64,000 nt of DNA. Source: a virus. Shown here piece after piece: positions 1-9,877 of this stretch. Every line of letters starts with the position of its first letter. Position 1 is the first letter of the stretch. Location of the stretch: IMG/VR virus record IMGVR_UViG_3300009177_000720, one strand, 5' to 3'. Below the pieces are notes generated by a model, which searched no databases, was not told where the DNA came from, and was given only the letters and a program-made list of their open reading frames with translations. Made by a program: the position numbers and the translations under genes.

Positions 1-566
1 GGAACGAAGCTTTCAATCTCTCGCTCGCGGTCTATAACCATACGAGTTACCACTGATTGGACGCGACCCGCAGAAAGTTTTGGTCCAAAAAAGTTCATTA
101 GGAATGGTGAGGCCATAAAACCTACCAAACGATCAAGAATGCGACGAGCTTCTTGAGAATGGAATAGATTCAAATCAATATCTCTAATTTCCTTGAGAGA
201 TTTTTGAAGAACATCCTTTTTGATCTTATTAAAAACCATTCTCTTAATGGGCTTGCCCGTATCGGCCAGACGAGCCGCCAAATGCCAGGCAATGGCCTCA
301 CCCTCACGATCGGGGTCGCTTGCAACCAAAATACGGTCTACCTTCTTGGAAGCTGCCAAAAGGGCATCCAGAGTCTCTATCTTGTCTTCCATTAAGACAT
401 AGCGGGGGCGAAAGTCGTTTTCAATATCAACTCCCAAACCAAACCTGCCACCTTTAGCTAAATCGGTAATATGACCTTTACTAGCCATTACAATATAATC
501 TTTACCGAGAATGTCTTGAATCTTATGAGCCTTAGCGGGCGACTCAACTATAACTAATGTTTTCAT
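1..566 (-). CDS. topA: DNA topoisomerase I, N-terminal part (runs off window)
   Basis: Manual translation MKTLVIVESPAKAHKIQDILGKDYIVMASKGHITDL... is the type IA Toprim signature; missing from the ORF track because it is truncated. Confidence 0.95.
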   Translation of the reverse strand, partial: MKTLVIVESPAKAHKIQDILGKDYIVMASKGHITDLAKGGRFGLGVDIENDFRPRYVLMEDKIETLDALLAASKKVDRILVASDPDREGEAIAWHLAARLADTGKPIKRMVFNKIKKDVLQKSLKEIRDIDLNLFHSQEARRILDRLVGFMASPFLMNFFGPKLSAGRVQSVVTRMVIDREREIESFV

Positions 567-601
567 GAAAACTCCGATGTCTTTCAATATTTCTGTATAG
601 T

Positions 602-1012
602 TTGATGGATACTAGTCACAGAAACATCATAAATTTTTTTGAAGAGTTACTAACCGACTTAGAGTGTCACCGTGATACTAAAGCCTACATTGTAAGTATT
701 TACGGAAAATATAAGTCCTCACAATTTGATCTGTCTAAAGATAGTGTCACGATCCTGTTTGCGCAAGCCCGCAATAATCAAGATTTTTTAACCTACCAAA
801 ATTTGGGAGATTGGATTTTTTTCGCTAATACCTTGGCACCATCTCATCTTCGATTTGCTTCTAAAGACTATTATGATACTGTGGCCCGTTTATCTTATTA
901 TTCCTGCTACAAGCTCATTAATAGACAGTGGAAGTTGTTTGAAGAACTATCAGATAACTTCTTAAAGTTAGAATCCCAGGTTAAAAACAAATTGGGTGTG
1001 TTGACCTTTTAA
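602..1012 (+). CDS. hypothetical protein
   Basis: 136-aa ORF filling the gap between minus-strand genes. Confidence 0.7.
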   Translation: MMDTSHRNIINFFEELLTDLECHRDTKAYIVSIYGKYKSSQFDLSKDSVTILFAQARNNQDFLTYQNLGDWIFFANTLAPSHLRFASKDYYDTVARLSYYSCYKLINRQWKLFEELSDNFLKLESQVKNKLGVLTF

Positions 1013-1467
1013 TCCTCGAATTTGTGCGGAAATCTGCCCCTAGCTTTTCTATTAGTAATTTCGGGGCGATGGGCGGATGCTCTCTCAGAGAAAGCCCACC
1101 GAGTGGCACCACATTCACAGCTTAAATACTCTACAGTATCAAAAATTGGATTAGATCCACGTGTTCTGTGAAGCCTTGGTCTATAGGACGTATAGCTGAT
1201 ACCATGCGTAAATGTACTAAGCTTAGTGAAATACTTAGGATCGTCCCAGTAATAATGATCGCCAACAGCTCGTTTAATAAGGTGCTTCAAACTATCAAAT
1301 CGGGTAACTACCCTGCGGGCATCGTACCAGAGAGTAGCATTTCGTGTATAGTAGTATATTTTGGGGGAACCTCCACACGCTTTACACTTAGTACGAACTA
1401 GGAAAGGTGTAGATAGTTTAACACGAACCCACCTGGGCTTATAATTCCTATTTGAATCATCAATCAT
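1009..1467 (-). CDS. hypothetical protein with two Cys pairs (possible Zn ribbon)
   Basis: CKAC and CEC motifs; overlaps the upstream gene's stop. Confidence 0.7.
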   Translation of the reverse strand: MIDDSNRNYKPRWVRVKLSTPFLVRTKCKACGGSPKIYYYTRNATLWYDARRVVTRFDSLKHLIKRAVGDHYYWDDPKYFTKLSTFTHGISYTSYRPRLHRTRGSNPIFDTVEYLSCECGATRWAFSERASAHRPEITNRKARGRFPHKFED

Positions 1468-2809
1468 TGATTTCTTTACTCAGTAAAAGTTTAGCACGGT
1501 CTATGATCTTTTTTCTTACACGATTCACATAGACCATGCCACCCATTTGATAATGGGGCGGCACCCTTAAATGGGTAACAATAACCTCTGTCCCAGGTAC
1601 TATATCCTGTACTTTAATTTTGGAAAAAGTATATTCGGTCACCTTGTCGATTAGGGGCGCTTTGGTATTTTTCTCCATCACGCTCAATAACTTACCAATG
1701 TAATAAGGCTTTGTAATTGAAGCCTTCCTACCACCAATATAAAATTCCTGAGTATTGTTTTTGATATCGAATTTATCTGTAACCATTGCCTCGAAAGTAC
1801 TAATTCCAGCAAAAAGGTTCAAATTAGGATCTAGTAGAGATGTTATCTTGAATTGCTTATTATTCTTCTTAAAAGAAAAGGGAAATGACTCCTCAAGCAA
1901 CCTAATATACTCTTGAAAAACCTTATGTTGAAATCCTCCTGAACGACTAGAGTTCAGAAGATAATCTACCATTTCAACCGGATACCTTTTAAGTAAATTT
2001 GAAAATGATTGGTAGGTTAAACACTTATGCTTAATGGTGAAGTCGGAGCTACTATACGGAACGTTATTGGTTTGATAATCAATAACATCCCTTAGAATCT
2101 TAACCTTATTTTCTAGCTCTTCTTGAATCTCAAGCTGAGACTGAGCATCAACCGTTTTGGATGGTAGGGCATCCTTGAATGTTGTGCCGCTTTCTTGACG
2201 CATATCCAATGTTAGAATTTCGGCGTTACTTTCAGAGGTTGGGTGGTGCATACGCCTTAGAGAAGACCAGGGACCAACGAAGTAACAGTCAAAATATGGA
2301 CATGTGACTATTGGAGATTCGTCCAATGGATGAGGAATAAATCGCTCACAATCATTGCAACGATATCCCATTTTGTTGTGTTTAAAAAACGTCCTGAAAA
2401 AGGAAATCTTTTTCGGGTCAATGGCGTTTCTTAACTCTTCTTCACAATCATCACACCTGAAGAATTTGTTCACAGAGATAACTAAATTTTCTTTGTTCAA
2501 AAACAGACAACCGGGACATAGGTATTCTGTCTTCTTTTTAATTTGCGGAGCTGCCTTCTTTTTGCAGAAGGCATTCGCAATATAAAACAAATAAGAGTCC
2601 AGCTCTTCAAGCGGGGATTCTTTATTCAAAAATGTAACGCAGCCCGTTCTCAACTCATCCGTAAGCTCACTAACGACAGCGCGAATGGATAGCGGATCAC
2701 TATTATGGAAATAGATCTTATGAATGGTAACAATACCCTGACTGTGTTTTTCTAAAAACTCTTCAATCAGGGTATCGACATCAACTAAGCTTGGAGATTG
2801 TTTTTGCAT
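1460..2809 (-). CDS. multi-Zn-ribbon protein with sigma70-like segments
   Basis: Four Cys pairs (CPGC, CDDC, CNDC, CPYFDC); LTLDMRQESGTTFKDALP...QEELENKVKILRDVI resembles the sigma region 3.2-4 linker. Confidence 0.5.
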   Translation of the reverse strand: MQKQSPSLVDVDTLIEEFLEKHSQGIVTIHKIYFHNSDPLSIRAVVSELTDELRTGCVTFLNKESPLEELDSYLFYIANAFCKKKAAPQIKKKTEYLCPGCLFLNKENLVISVNKFFRCDDCEEELRNAIDPKKISFFRTFFKHNKMGYRCNDCERFIPHPLDESPIVTCPYFDCYFVGPWSSLRRMHHPTSESNAEILTLDMRQESGTTFKDALPSKTVDAQSQLEIQEELENKVKILRDVIDYQTNNVPYSSSDFTIKHKCLTYQSFSNLLKRYPVEMVDYLLNSSRSGGFQHKVFQEYIRLLEESFPFSFKKNNKQFKITSLLDPNLNLFAGISTFEAMVTDKFDIKNNTQEFYIGGRKASITKPYYIGKLLSVMEKNTKAPLIDKVTEYTFSKIKVQDIVPGTEVIVTHLRVPPHYQMGGMVYVNRVRKKIIDRAKLLLSKEIND

Positions 2810-3822
2810 TTGTTACCGAAAATAGAACATACCTCAGCCGCATCTGTATAGGCTATCTGGAACCTTTCCATGAATCTAAGGTTGTCTCGCACAAGCGAGT
2901 CGCCTTTTCCTAGAAGATTCTCAGCTCCCGTAGCATCCAAAATTACTTTAGAATCCACATGGCTCGCTACCCTGCAAGCAATGCGGGCCGGAAAGTTAGC
3001 TTTGATTGAACCGTTGATGATATCAGCCGAGGGGCGCTGAGTTGCCAAGATAATATGTATCTTGGCAGCCCTGCACTTTTGGGCAAGTCTACAAAGACCA
3101 AGATAGAACGCTCCCGCCTTATCTTGCATTATCAGGTCAGCAAATTCATCAATAATAACAACCATACTCTGAAAAGTAGAGGCTGGTTGACCGGCTCTCA
3201 TTAAAGAGTATCTGTACTCCATAATCTCAATAAATGAGTTGATTCTCGCAACCGTATCATCATAGGTATACAATACGTTGATGGAGTCAAACAATCCATC
3301 ATAAGCAACGAACTCAATATTCTTTGGATCAATCAAAGTAATATCTACATCATTGTAGTTTAATAGATTGGCTATGATGTTGTGAAGTAACGTACTCTTA
3401 CCAGAACCAGTAGTACCAGCAACAAGTAAGTGAGGGTTTTGTGCAAGGTCCATCCACAACTTGGTACCATTGACAGATTTGCCCAACAAACAATTGATCT
3501 CCCCTTTAGGGATTCCTCTGTTCGAGAATAGATCAAATAGCTTGAGAGAAGTATTGCGGGGCTGAATAAATTCTAACCTCACCACACCTTCGTTGTGGAG
3601 CACCTTCACACTTGGCTTACAAGGCGTCTTCAGGGCAAGAGAAATCTCATCGCTATACTTTTGAATGTCCTTCACCCGAGCGTTGGGGTTCAGCTTCAGG
3701 TCATAATAAAAATAGTTGTCCACCTGCTTGTGGTCCACGCAGGAAGCCTTAATCTTGAACGACTGAAGAATCTGATTGAAATCTTGAATGAGTTCCATCT
3801 TGATACTCACCAACGTAAACAC
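2785..3822 (-). CDS. FtsK/SpoIIIE-family DNA translocase, motor domains only
   Basis: PHLLVAGTTGSGKS Walker A, VVIIDEFADL Walker B, LATQRPS, GAENLLGKGD. Confidence 0.93.
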   Translation of the reverse strand: MFTLVSIKMELIQDFNQILQSFKIKASCVDHKQVDNYFYYDLKLNPNARVKDIQKYSDEISLALKTPCKPSVKVLHNEGVVRLEFIQPRNTSLKLFDLFSNRGIPKGEINCLLGKSVNGTKLWMDLAQNPHLLVAGTTGSGKSTLLHNIIANLLNYNDVDITLIDPKNIEFVAYDGLFDSINVLYTYDDTVARINSFIEIMEYRYSLMRAGQPASTFQSMVVIIDEFADLIMQDKAGAFYLGLCRLAQKCRAAKIHIILATQRPSADIINGSIKANFPARIACRVASHVDSKVILDATGAENLLGKGDSLVRDNLRFMERFQIAYTDAAEVCSIFGNKCKNNLQA

Positions 3823-3845
3823 TAAAAATAAATTGGCAAGGGCTC

Positions 3846-4253
3846 TTAAAGTTTTACAATTCCGCGATATTTCTCGGCAATTATTTTTTTCAATTCAGCA
3901 AACGTAGGTTTAACTAAGCCTACCTTGTGACCCAACTTGATGCCAGAGGATACCACGGTGCCATGTGGAAATTCTACAATTAAATCGCTCAACTTATTGT
4001 CGCCAATCATATCTGTCGAATAAGGTTCACCTTTACAGATCTGAGTGACAGCTCCCTGGTGACAGAAAACGATATCTAGCGGGCTAGGCGTGTTCTTCAT
4101 CCAAAACTTATTGTATCTCGGATAAGTATAAAGAAAAGACATAACTGGAGGCGGCCACTCTTGACCCATAAGTCCATGAGATTGTTCTTCCTCAGAAATA
4201 GCTAATAGAGTAGGGAATACATTATTGTGTACGTAAATGTAGCCGGATTCCAT
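3846..4253 (-). CDS. DUF192-family protein
   Basis: EEQSHGLM, FWMKNTPSPLDIVF, VEFPHG motifs. Confidence 0.85.
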   Translation of the reverse strand: MESGYIYVHNNVFPTLLAISEEEQSHGLMGQEWPPPVMSFLYTYPRYNKFWMKNTPSPLDIVFCHQGAVTQICKGEPYSTDMIGDNKLSDLIVEFPHGTVVSSGIKLGHKVGLVKPTFAELKKIIAEKYRGIVKL

Positions 4254-6157
4254 TATTTCTTCCCCTTCATAACACGATGTGTCATGTGTAGGTTTCTAGT
4301 TAGACCACGAATAGAGGACAATTGATTATTGACTTTACCAATCATAGGAGTCAATTCATCTATGTTGATATCTTTTTCTAGATGGTCCATAATTTGATCT
4401 ACTGTTTGTCTCATCTCTTCAGCCACATCATAGACTTGTAGACGTTGACCAGAAGTACCATCGAACATGCTTAATTGATGTCTTGTCTTACCAATCCATT
4501 TCTTTAGAAATGCCTGGGCGGTTACTTCTAACTGGTCCGTAGAGGTTAAACTATCAGATGGTGAAGATGACACCGGAGTAGGAGGAACCGGAGTAAGCGG
4601 AGCTGGTGGGCCCGTTACTACTGGAGGTAAAGCTAGGACTGGAGCTGGGGCAGGAGGAACGATAGGTGGAACGTTGACCAACTTCTTCTGTTTTTCTTTC
4701 TCGTAATTCTTCTGTGCCTTTTGACGTTGTTTCTCTTGAAACAAACGCTCCCTTTCTTCAATCTTTTGATTTCTTTCTTGTTCTTTCTCTTGAAGTTTTT
4801 GAGCCTTCTGCTTTTGCTTTTGCTCATGTTCTTGAAGTTTTTTTCTTTGCTTATCAAGACGCTCTTGAAATTTCCTTCTTTCAACAAGTCTATCCAAAAC
4901 TTCTTTTAATGAGCTTTCACTAGTATCAAGAGTTTCATTTAGTTCATTAAGAAGCTCACGATGAAGTTTGATGACAGTATCGGCCCACTTATTCTTTCTA
5001 AGTGAGAACCATCCTAGAGCCTCATTAAGCTTAGTAAAAATAACTGGATCAACTCCATTGTGGATAAACTCAAGTCTTTTAGCCGGAGACATAATCGATC
5101 TATAGTCCGTAAAAATTCTATTGGCAACATTAACGGATTCATTCTCGTTAAGATTATCAATAAGATTCTCGGCACGTTCTTCCCATCTTGGCTTATCACC
5201 AACAATAGCATCGAAAGGAACTTTTGATCGTTCGCTTTCTGGCTTGTCGTCCAATATTCCTTCATGGTCTGGATCACCAGGCTCGGCCTTACCCTCTTCT
5301 TGGGCACGGTCAACCTTTTCCATTTCTTGCTCGACTAGCTTAGCCTTTCCTTCTTCTTCCTTCTTTTTAGATTCCACTACTTCTTTTGGTGGAGCGATAT
5401 CACCACCAGCATCCGGAACCTTAGGAGTCATCATGCCTTTGTACGTAGAAAAACCAGTACGGACGGTTTCCCAATCTCTCCAGACTTGATGCATCATTTC
5501 ATTAGATTCTTCCAAACTTTTTTGGGAAGATTTAACGACGCTAACTTGTAAGTCTTCTAGCTTCTTGTATACCTTAGCACAAGCTGAAAGCAATTGCATA
5601 CGAACTCTACGTACACGAGCGGCTTCACTGAAACCTATGCCTGGATTAAGAAGTTTGGTAAAGAAACGAGTAATAGGATTAGAAGCTTCAGCCACTAAGC
5701 TATACTTCTCTTCAAATGCGCCAGCTACCTTCACCAAGTCCGATTCAGAAGAGGCTACGGCTGGCAAGCTAAGCTGTTGAGATAGATCTGGTGCTGGAGG
5801 CGCTGGTGCGGCAGGAGCAGCAGGAGTTTGTGTATGTGGCAGGTTAAGTTGCTTAGGTTGCTTCTTACGACGGTTTTTTGAATAGTCTACCTGTTGCTGA
5901 ATGATAGAATTACCACGTTGGGCGATTTCCTGGAAATCTCCAGCTAGGGAGCCGATAATGGTGGCCGGATCAGCAGGGATTGGGTCAACAATCCTAGAAC
6001 GTTCAGGGTGGAACTTGGACGGCCATCCGTTCATCATCTTCTTTAAGTGAATTAAATCATTGACAAAAGTGGAAACCTCTTTATTCCACAAAGACTTAGC
6101 CTGGCGCAACTTTTCTTGCACCGGGTCTGCGGATGGTTTTCTTGCAACTTTTATCAT
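4253..6157 (-). CDS. large coiled-coil, Pro-rich protein (possible virion/internal protein)
   Basis: 634 aa; K/Q/E-rich coiled coil, Pro tracts, recurrent KVA/TAQ motifs. Confidence 0.7.
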   Translation of the reverse strand: MIKVARKPSADPVQEKLRQAKSLWNKEVSTFVNDLIHLKKMMNGWPSKFHPERSRIVDPIPADPATIIGSLAGDFQEIAQRGNSIIQQQVDYSKNRRKKQPKQLNLPHTQTPAAPAAPAPPAPDLSQQLSLPAVASSESDLVKVAGAFEEKYSLVAEASNPITRFFTKLLNPGIGFSEAARVRRVRMQLLSACAKVYKKLEDLQVSVVKSSQKSLEESNEMMHQVWRDWETVRTGFSTYKGMMTPKVPDAGGDIAPPKEVVESKKKEEEGKAKLVEQEMEKVDRAQEEGKAEPGDPDHEGILDDKPESERSKVPFDAIVGDKPRWEERAENLIDNLNENESVNVANRIFTDYRSIMSPAKRLEFIHNGVDPVIFTKLNEALGWFSLRKNKWADTVIKLHRELLNELNETLDTSESSLKEVLDRLVERRKFQERLDKQRKKLQEHEQKQKQKAQKLQEKEQERNQKIEERERLFQEKQRQKAQKNYEKEKQKKLVNVPPIVPPAPAPVLALPPVVTGPPAPLTPVPPTPVSSSPSDSLTSTDQLEVTAQAFLKKWIGKTRHQLSMFDGTSGQRLQVYDVAEEMRQTVDQIMDHLEKDINIDELTPMIGKVNNQLSSIRGLTRNLHMTHRVMKGKK

Positions 6158-6202
6158 ACAAAGTATGAAGAATTATTGATATTGTTCAGATTTTGAATCC
6201 CC

Positions 6203-6232
6203 AAAACGACAAAACCCCTGAAAAGGGGTCTT
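6203..6232 (-). terminator. intrinsic terminator after clpP
   Basis: ACCCCT/AGGGGT hairpin followed by a U-rich tract on the minus strand. Confidence 0.65.
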
Positions 6233-6254
6233 GCCTCTCCACAACAAACGATTT

Positions 6255-6851
6255 TTATTCAATAATATGATCGATAATTCCGTACTCTAAAGCTTGCTTG
6301 GCATCCATCCATACATCCGCTTTGCAATCAGTTTTAACCTTTTCTAGGTCGTGGCCGGTATGGTGAGCTAACATCTTCATAATATTATCATTATTATTAT
6401 CTATAAATTCATAATAACTTTGAGAAGTGGTCATATCATGGCCAGGAATTGGGAAACCAAATTGGATTCCATGAATCATTACGCTAGAATTCTTAAAGGC
6501 ATAGCGCTGACCTTTGGTTCCTGCGGCCAATAGAACGGCAGCAGCCGAATAACACTTTCCAATGCAGATAGTCTTAATGGGGGCCTGAATCATTTGCATG
6601 ACATCGTAAATGTTAGATAGTCCAGTAACAGCCCCTCCATTGGAGTGGATGTACATCTCAATCATCTCTTCATGGTCTTCGTTGTCGAAGTAGAGTAACA
6701 TAGCTGAAAGCTCAGCCGCCATTACGTCAGATACGTCCTCAGAAACAAAGATGATGCGATGTTTGGCCAGTTTAACGTAAGTATCTGCGTATCCGGTAAG
6801 AAGCGGGGCGCGCATCTGCTCATGATTGTGAGCATTCTTGTCTTTCTTCAT
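6255..6851 (-). CDS. clpP: ClpP protease subunit, catalytic triad intact
   Basis: YIHSNGG, CIGKCYSAAAVLL (Ser), VMIHG (His), ADVWMDAKQALEYGIIDHII (Asp). Confidence 0.93.
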   Translation of the reverse strand: MKKDKNAHNHEQMRAPLLTGYADTYVKLAKHRIIFVSEDVSDVMAAELSAMLLYFDNEDHEEMIEMYIHSNGGAVTGLSNIYDVMQMIQAPIKTICIGKCYSAAAVLLAAGTKGQRYAFKNSSVMIHGIQFGFPIPGHDMTTSQSYYEFIDNNNDNIMKMLAHHTGHDLEKVKTDCKADVWMDAKQALEYGIIDHIIE

Positions 6852-6859
6852 AGCATACC

Positions 6860-7444
6860 TTACTTGTTAAAACTAACAACTTTGTCAATTAAATTGTACT
6901 TAGCAGCCTGAAAAGCCGTCATAAAGACCCTTCTCTCAAAATCTTCGGTGACTTTCTTTAACGTCTTTCCAGTAGTCTTAGCTAAGATTTCCATCATTCT
7001 CTTATTGTCGGCCAATGCCAAATCCAAATACTTCTTAGCATCAGTTAAATTGGCATGAGTAATCCAATCATGAGATAACTGATTAACTGCGATTACTGAA
7101 TTTCTGGTTGCAAATCTCATCCCAGGAGTTCCAGAGGCAAGAATGATGGCAGCCTCATCCATGGCAGCGCCAATGCAAACCGTTTCAATCGGCGCATCAA
7201 TCATAGCCATCATATCACAAATCATAAGCGTGTTACGAATATCACCACCCTGAGAGTTAATGAAAAGAGTTATCTTTTTCTCCGAATCTTCGGAATCCTT
7301 CAAAAGAAGGGTTGCCGTAATATCGGTTGCTAGACTATCACTTATTTGATCGCAAACAAACAAAATACGATCATTGGATAGCTTTTGATAAACGTCAATC
7401 GGCATCTCGCCATGATCAGTAGTTTCGGTTACAATGGTATTCAA
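6860..7444 (-). CDS. ClpP paralog lacking the catalytic triad (ClpR-like)
   Basis: LFINSQGG fold motif; Ser->Asp (GAAMDEAA), His->Asn (IAVNQ), Asp->Arg (ERRVFM). Confidence 0.88.
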   Translation of the reverse strand: MNTIVTETTDHGEMPIDVYQKLSNDRILFVCDQISDSLATDITATLLLKDSEDSEKKITLFINSQGGDIRNTLMICDMMAMIDAPIETVCIGAAMDEAAIILASGTPGMRFATRNSVIAVNQLSHDWITHANLTDAKKYLDLALADNKRMMEILAKTTGKTLKKVTEDFERRVFMTAFQAAKYNLIDKVVSFNK

Positions 7445-7446
7445 AA

Positions 7447-7797
7447 TTAATGTCTCTTTCTTTTATCTTCAAGTTCGCGCTCTTCTGCGCAGGAAACGCA
7501 AGTTAAGAAATATGGATTGACAGATAATCTTTTCTCAGGAATGTCGTCTTCACAATCTTGGCAAAGACCGTACGTATTACTTTCGATACGTTTCAGTGCA
7601 TCACTGATTTGATTAAGTTTAGTATGATTTCTAGTATTGAGCTGATTATGTATCTCAATGATCAGGTTCCCTTGAATCTCGTCGGCCTCGTCCCCATCCG
7701 TGTCTATATCGGGATGTTGAGAAGACTTCTGGAGCAATTCATTTCTCTCATTTAACAATTGCTCTTTAATTTTCTTTAAAAAAGATTTCGTAAGCAT
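7447..7797 (-). CDS. dksA: DksA/TraR C4 zinc-finger transcription regulator
   Basis: DEADE coiled-coil tip, ALKRIESNTYGLCQDC...IPEKRL...CVSC. Confidence 0.92.
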   Translation of the reverse strand: MLTKSFLKKIKEQLLNERNELLQKSSQHPDIDTDGDEADEIQGNLIIEIHNQLNTRNHTKLNQISDALKRIESNTYGLCQDCEDDIPEKRLSVNPYFLTCVSCAEERELEDKRKRH

Positions 7798-8177
7798 TAT
7801 ATGAACCTCAGATCGGAAATGGGAACCGTAATGGTTCCCTTCGGTGGTGGTAGCTTTTTATCGTCTACTCTTCTGATAAAGACTAAATATGCCTGGTTTT
7901 CAGGTTCTTTAAGCATAAAGGCGTTAACGTACCATTCATTGTAAATGGCTTTTTTGTTTTGATTCGTGAACTTAAGAGATCTAGTGTTTTCCAGCACCTG
8001 AGCCCTTTTCTTGAAAAAGGGGCCAAGCACGGATTTCGGAGAGCAAGAGAATTTGTCACTAAATACTTGCGTTGCTTCGGCCGGTGTATTAGCGGAAATA
8101 ATCTCTGTAATCAAGTTCCCGTCATCGGTTACACTAGCGCACACAAAAACTAGCGGTCGTGGTCCTTTTCTAGTCAT
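7797..8177 (-). CDS. hypothetical protein
   Basis: 126-aa ORF tightly packed in the operon. Confidence 0.7.
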   Translation of the reverse strand: MTRKGPRPLVFVCASVTDDGNLITEIISANTPAEATQVFSDKFSCSPKSVLGPFFKKRAQVLENTRSLKFTNQNKKAIYNEWYVNAFMLKEPENQAYLVFIRRVDDKKLPPPKGTITVPISDLRFI

Positions 8178-8510
8178 TTAGTCATCCTTCAAAGTTTTGT
8201 CAACATCTAAGTTATTTACTAATTTTTTTCGTAACGCAGTCGCCAGCGTGAATCTCAAAATCTTTCGACCAGGAGATAACATTACCTTCTGATGTCTAAC
8301 ATCAAAATATCTCCTAGGTTTCATTTGCTTTAATGATAGAGTTCCAAAATTGAAAATTTTGATTGCACGACCCTGTTTCAAATCTTTAATAATCTCATCA
8401 AAAAGAATAGTAATAATACCTAGCACATGATAGTGGTGTACTAATCGATGAATCTTTCGATTAATATAATGCCACAACTTTCTTTTACTAATAGATAAAA
8501 CATTACTCAT
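8178..8510 (-). CDS. HU/IHF-family DNA-binding protein
   Basis: IIKDLKQGRAIKIFNFGTLSLKQMKPRR...RKILRF. Confidence 0.88.
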   Translation of the reverse strand: MSNVLSISKRKLWHYINRKIHRLVHHYHVLGIITILFDEIIKDLKQGRAIKIFNFGTLSLKQMKPRRYFDVRHQKVMLSPGRKILRFTLATALRKKLVNNLDVDKTLKDD

Positions 8511-8884
8511 TTCTTTTTGTATCTATCTTTATAGATGATTCTATATTTCCCAAGCTTGCGCCAAATTTTGTATTCTAATACTTCTTCGTATTTAGCTTTA
8601 GGCCCCTGCACATTACTGCGATTAAACCTTACTATTCCAAACCACTTCCATTGCCCTTCGTTGCGAGCCATCTCGGGAAAGTGGTTTAAATCAGCATGAT
8701 ACATTTCATCGTAATAGGCTTTACAGTAAGAACAAAGGCCAGGGAAAGTGTCATCAGCCGCCAAGGTATTAGTCTTCATATTCCTTGGAAAAGTTTTTGC
8801 ACAAATAGTACGATAGCTACCATTACCTAAACGATAGCTAACAATATGCATCTCTTTATCTTGCGGCATAATAACAACAAACAT
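8507..8884 (-). CDS. hypothetical protein
   Basis: 125-aa ORF with H/C/CxxC residues. Confidence 0.65.
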   Translation of the reverse strand: MFVVIMPQDKEMHIVSYRLGNGSYRTICAKTFPRNMKTNTLAADDTFPGLCSYCKAYYDEMYHADLNHFPEMARNEGQWKWFGIVRFNRSNVQGPKAKYEEVLEYKIWRKLGKYRIIYKDRYKKK

Positions 8885-9363
8885 TAACTTTCCTTTAAAA
8901 CAAATTTCAGATACTCTTCAAATAACTCTCCACGTAACAAATGGGATCCGGATCTAAAAATTACCTTATACTCTAATAGTTGCTTAATACAGAATAAAAC
9001 GTCAGCACTTGAATAATTATCTTGCTTGATTACGTCTTCAGCCGTAATCACTCCGTGCTTAATAGCGTTACAGATTACGTTACAGATTTGTGGGTGTTGA
9101 ATCTTGAAGAATGACAGGGCCCTAGCTTCTTCTGACTTATTTGGTTTAACCGGTTTTTCAAAAGTAGCTATTACATCCAATAGTTTAGATCGTAACATTT
9201 TCTTGGATTCAAGTCTCTTAATCTCTTCATCAATATCTTTGATGGTATTTTGTGCATGATTCGCAATCTTCTCCGGCGTATCATATCCGAGCATAACGCA
9301 GTCAGATATGAATTCGCTTACGAATTGAGAATCAACTTTCTTGCCCTTCATATTGATCCTCAT
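8884..9363 (-). CDS. hypothetical protein with possible C-terminal winged helix
   Basis: Coiled coil then ADVLFCIKQLLEYKVI. Confidence 0.65.
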   Translation of the reverse strand: MRINMKGKKVDSQFVSEFISDCVMLGYDTPEKIANHAQNTIKDIDEEIKRLESKKMLRSKLLDVIATFEKPVKPNKSEEARALSFFKIQHPQICNVICNAIKHGVITAEDVIKQDNYSSADVLFCIKQLLEYKVIFRSGSHLLRGELFEEYLKFVLKES

Positions 9364-9877
9364 AAAGAGTGTGATGAAAATTAATAAATGCCATCAGTTT
9401 CTCGAATTCATCTTTGTAATCGGAACACTTCGAATAGCCCAATCCAACATCCTTAATTTGTTCCATTCCAGCTAGAAAAGTAGCTTGTAGATAAGTGCTG
9501 CACTCAATCCAACTTTTACCATCCATGGAAACTGCGATTAGTGGCTCGGAATCAATTTCATCGCTAGAAACTAAATAAACACCATAAGTTGGTGCGTTTT
9601 TAAGGTGCACCAGTAGCGCGTATTCACGAATGGACTTATCTTCAGAACAATCTCCTAAAAGAATCTTAATTTCTTGTTGTTCTGCTGAGATTTGACAGCC
9701 CCAAACTTTATTTTTCTGAGCGTTACCATTTTCATCTGAAAATGAGATATTTTCCGAAAGTAAAAATCCTTTATCCATCAATGACTTAGTTTTATCGAAA
9801 TTGATAAATGCCGATGGAATAATCGCAAATCTTGCGAAAATGTGTTTAACAATAGCCTCCATCAGTTGTTTATTCAT
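9332..9877 (-). CDS. hypothetical protein
   Basis: 181-aa ORF with overlapping start/stop packing. Confidence 0.7.
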   Translation of the reverse strand: MNKQLMEAIVKHIFARFAIIPSAFINFDKTKSLMDKGFLLSENISFSDENGNAQKNKVWGCQISAEQQEIKILLGDCSEDKSIREYALLVHLKNAPTYGVYLVSSDEIDSEPLIAVSMDGKSWIECSTYLQATFLAGMEQIKDVGLGYSKCSDYKDEFEKLMAFINFHHTLYEDQYEGQES

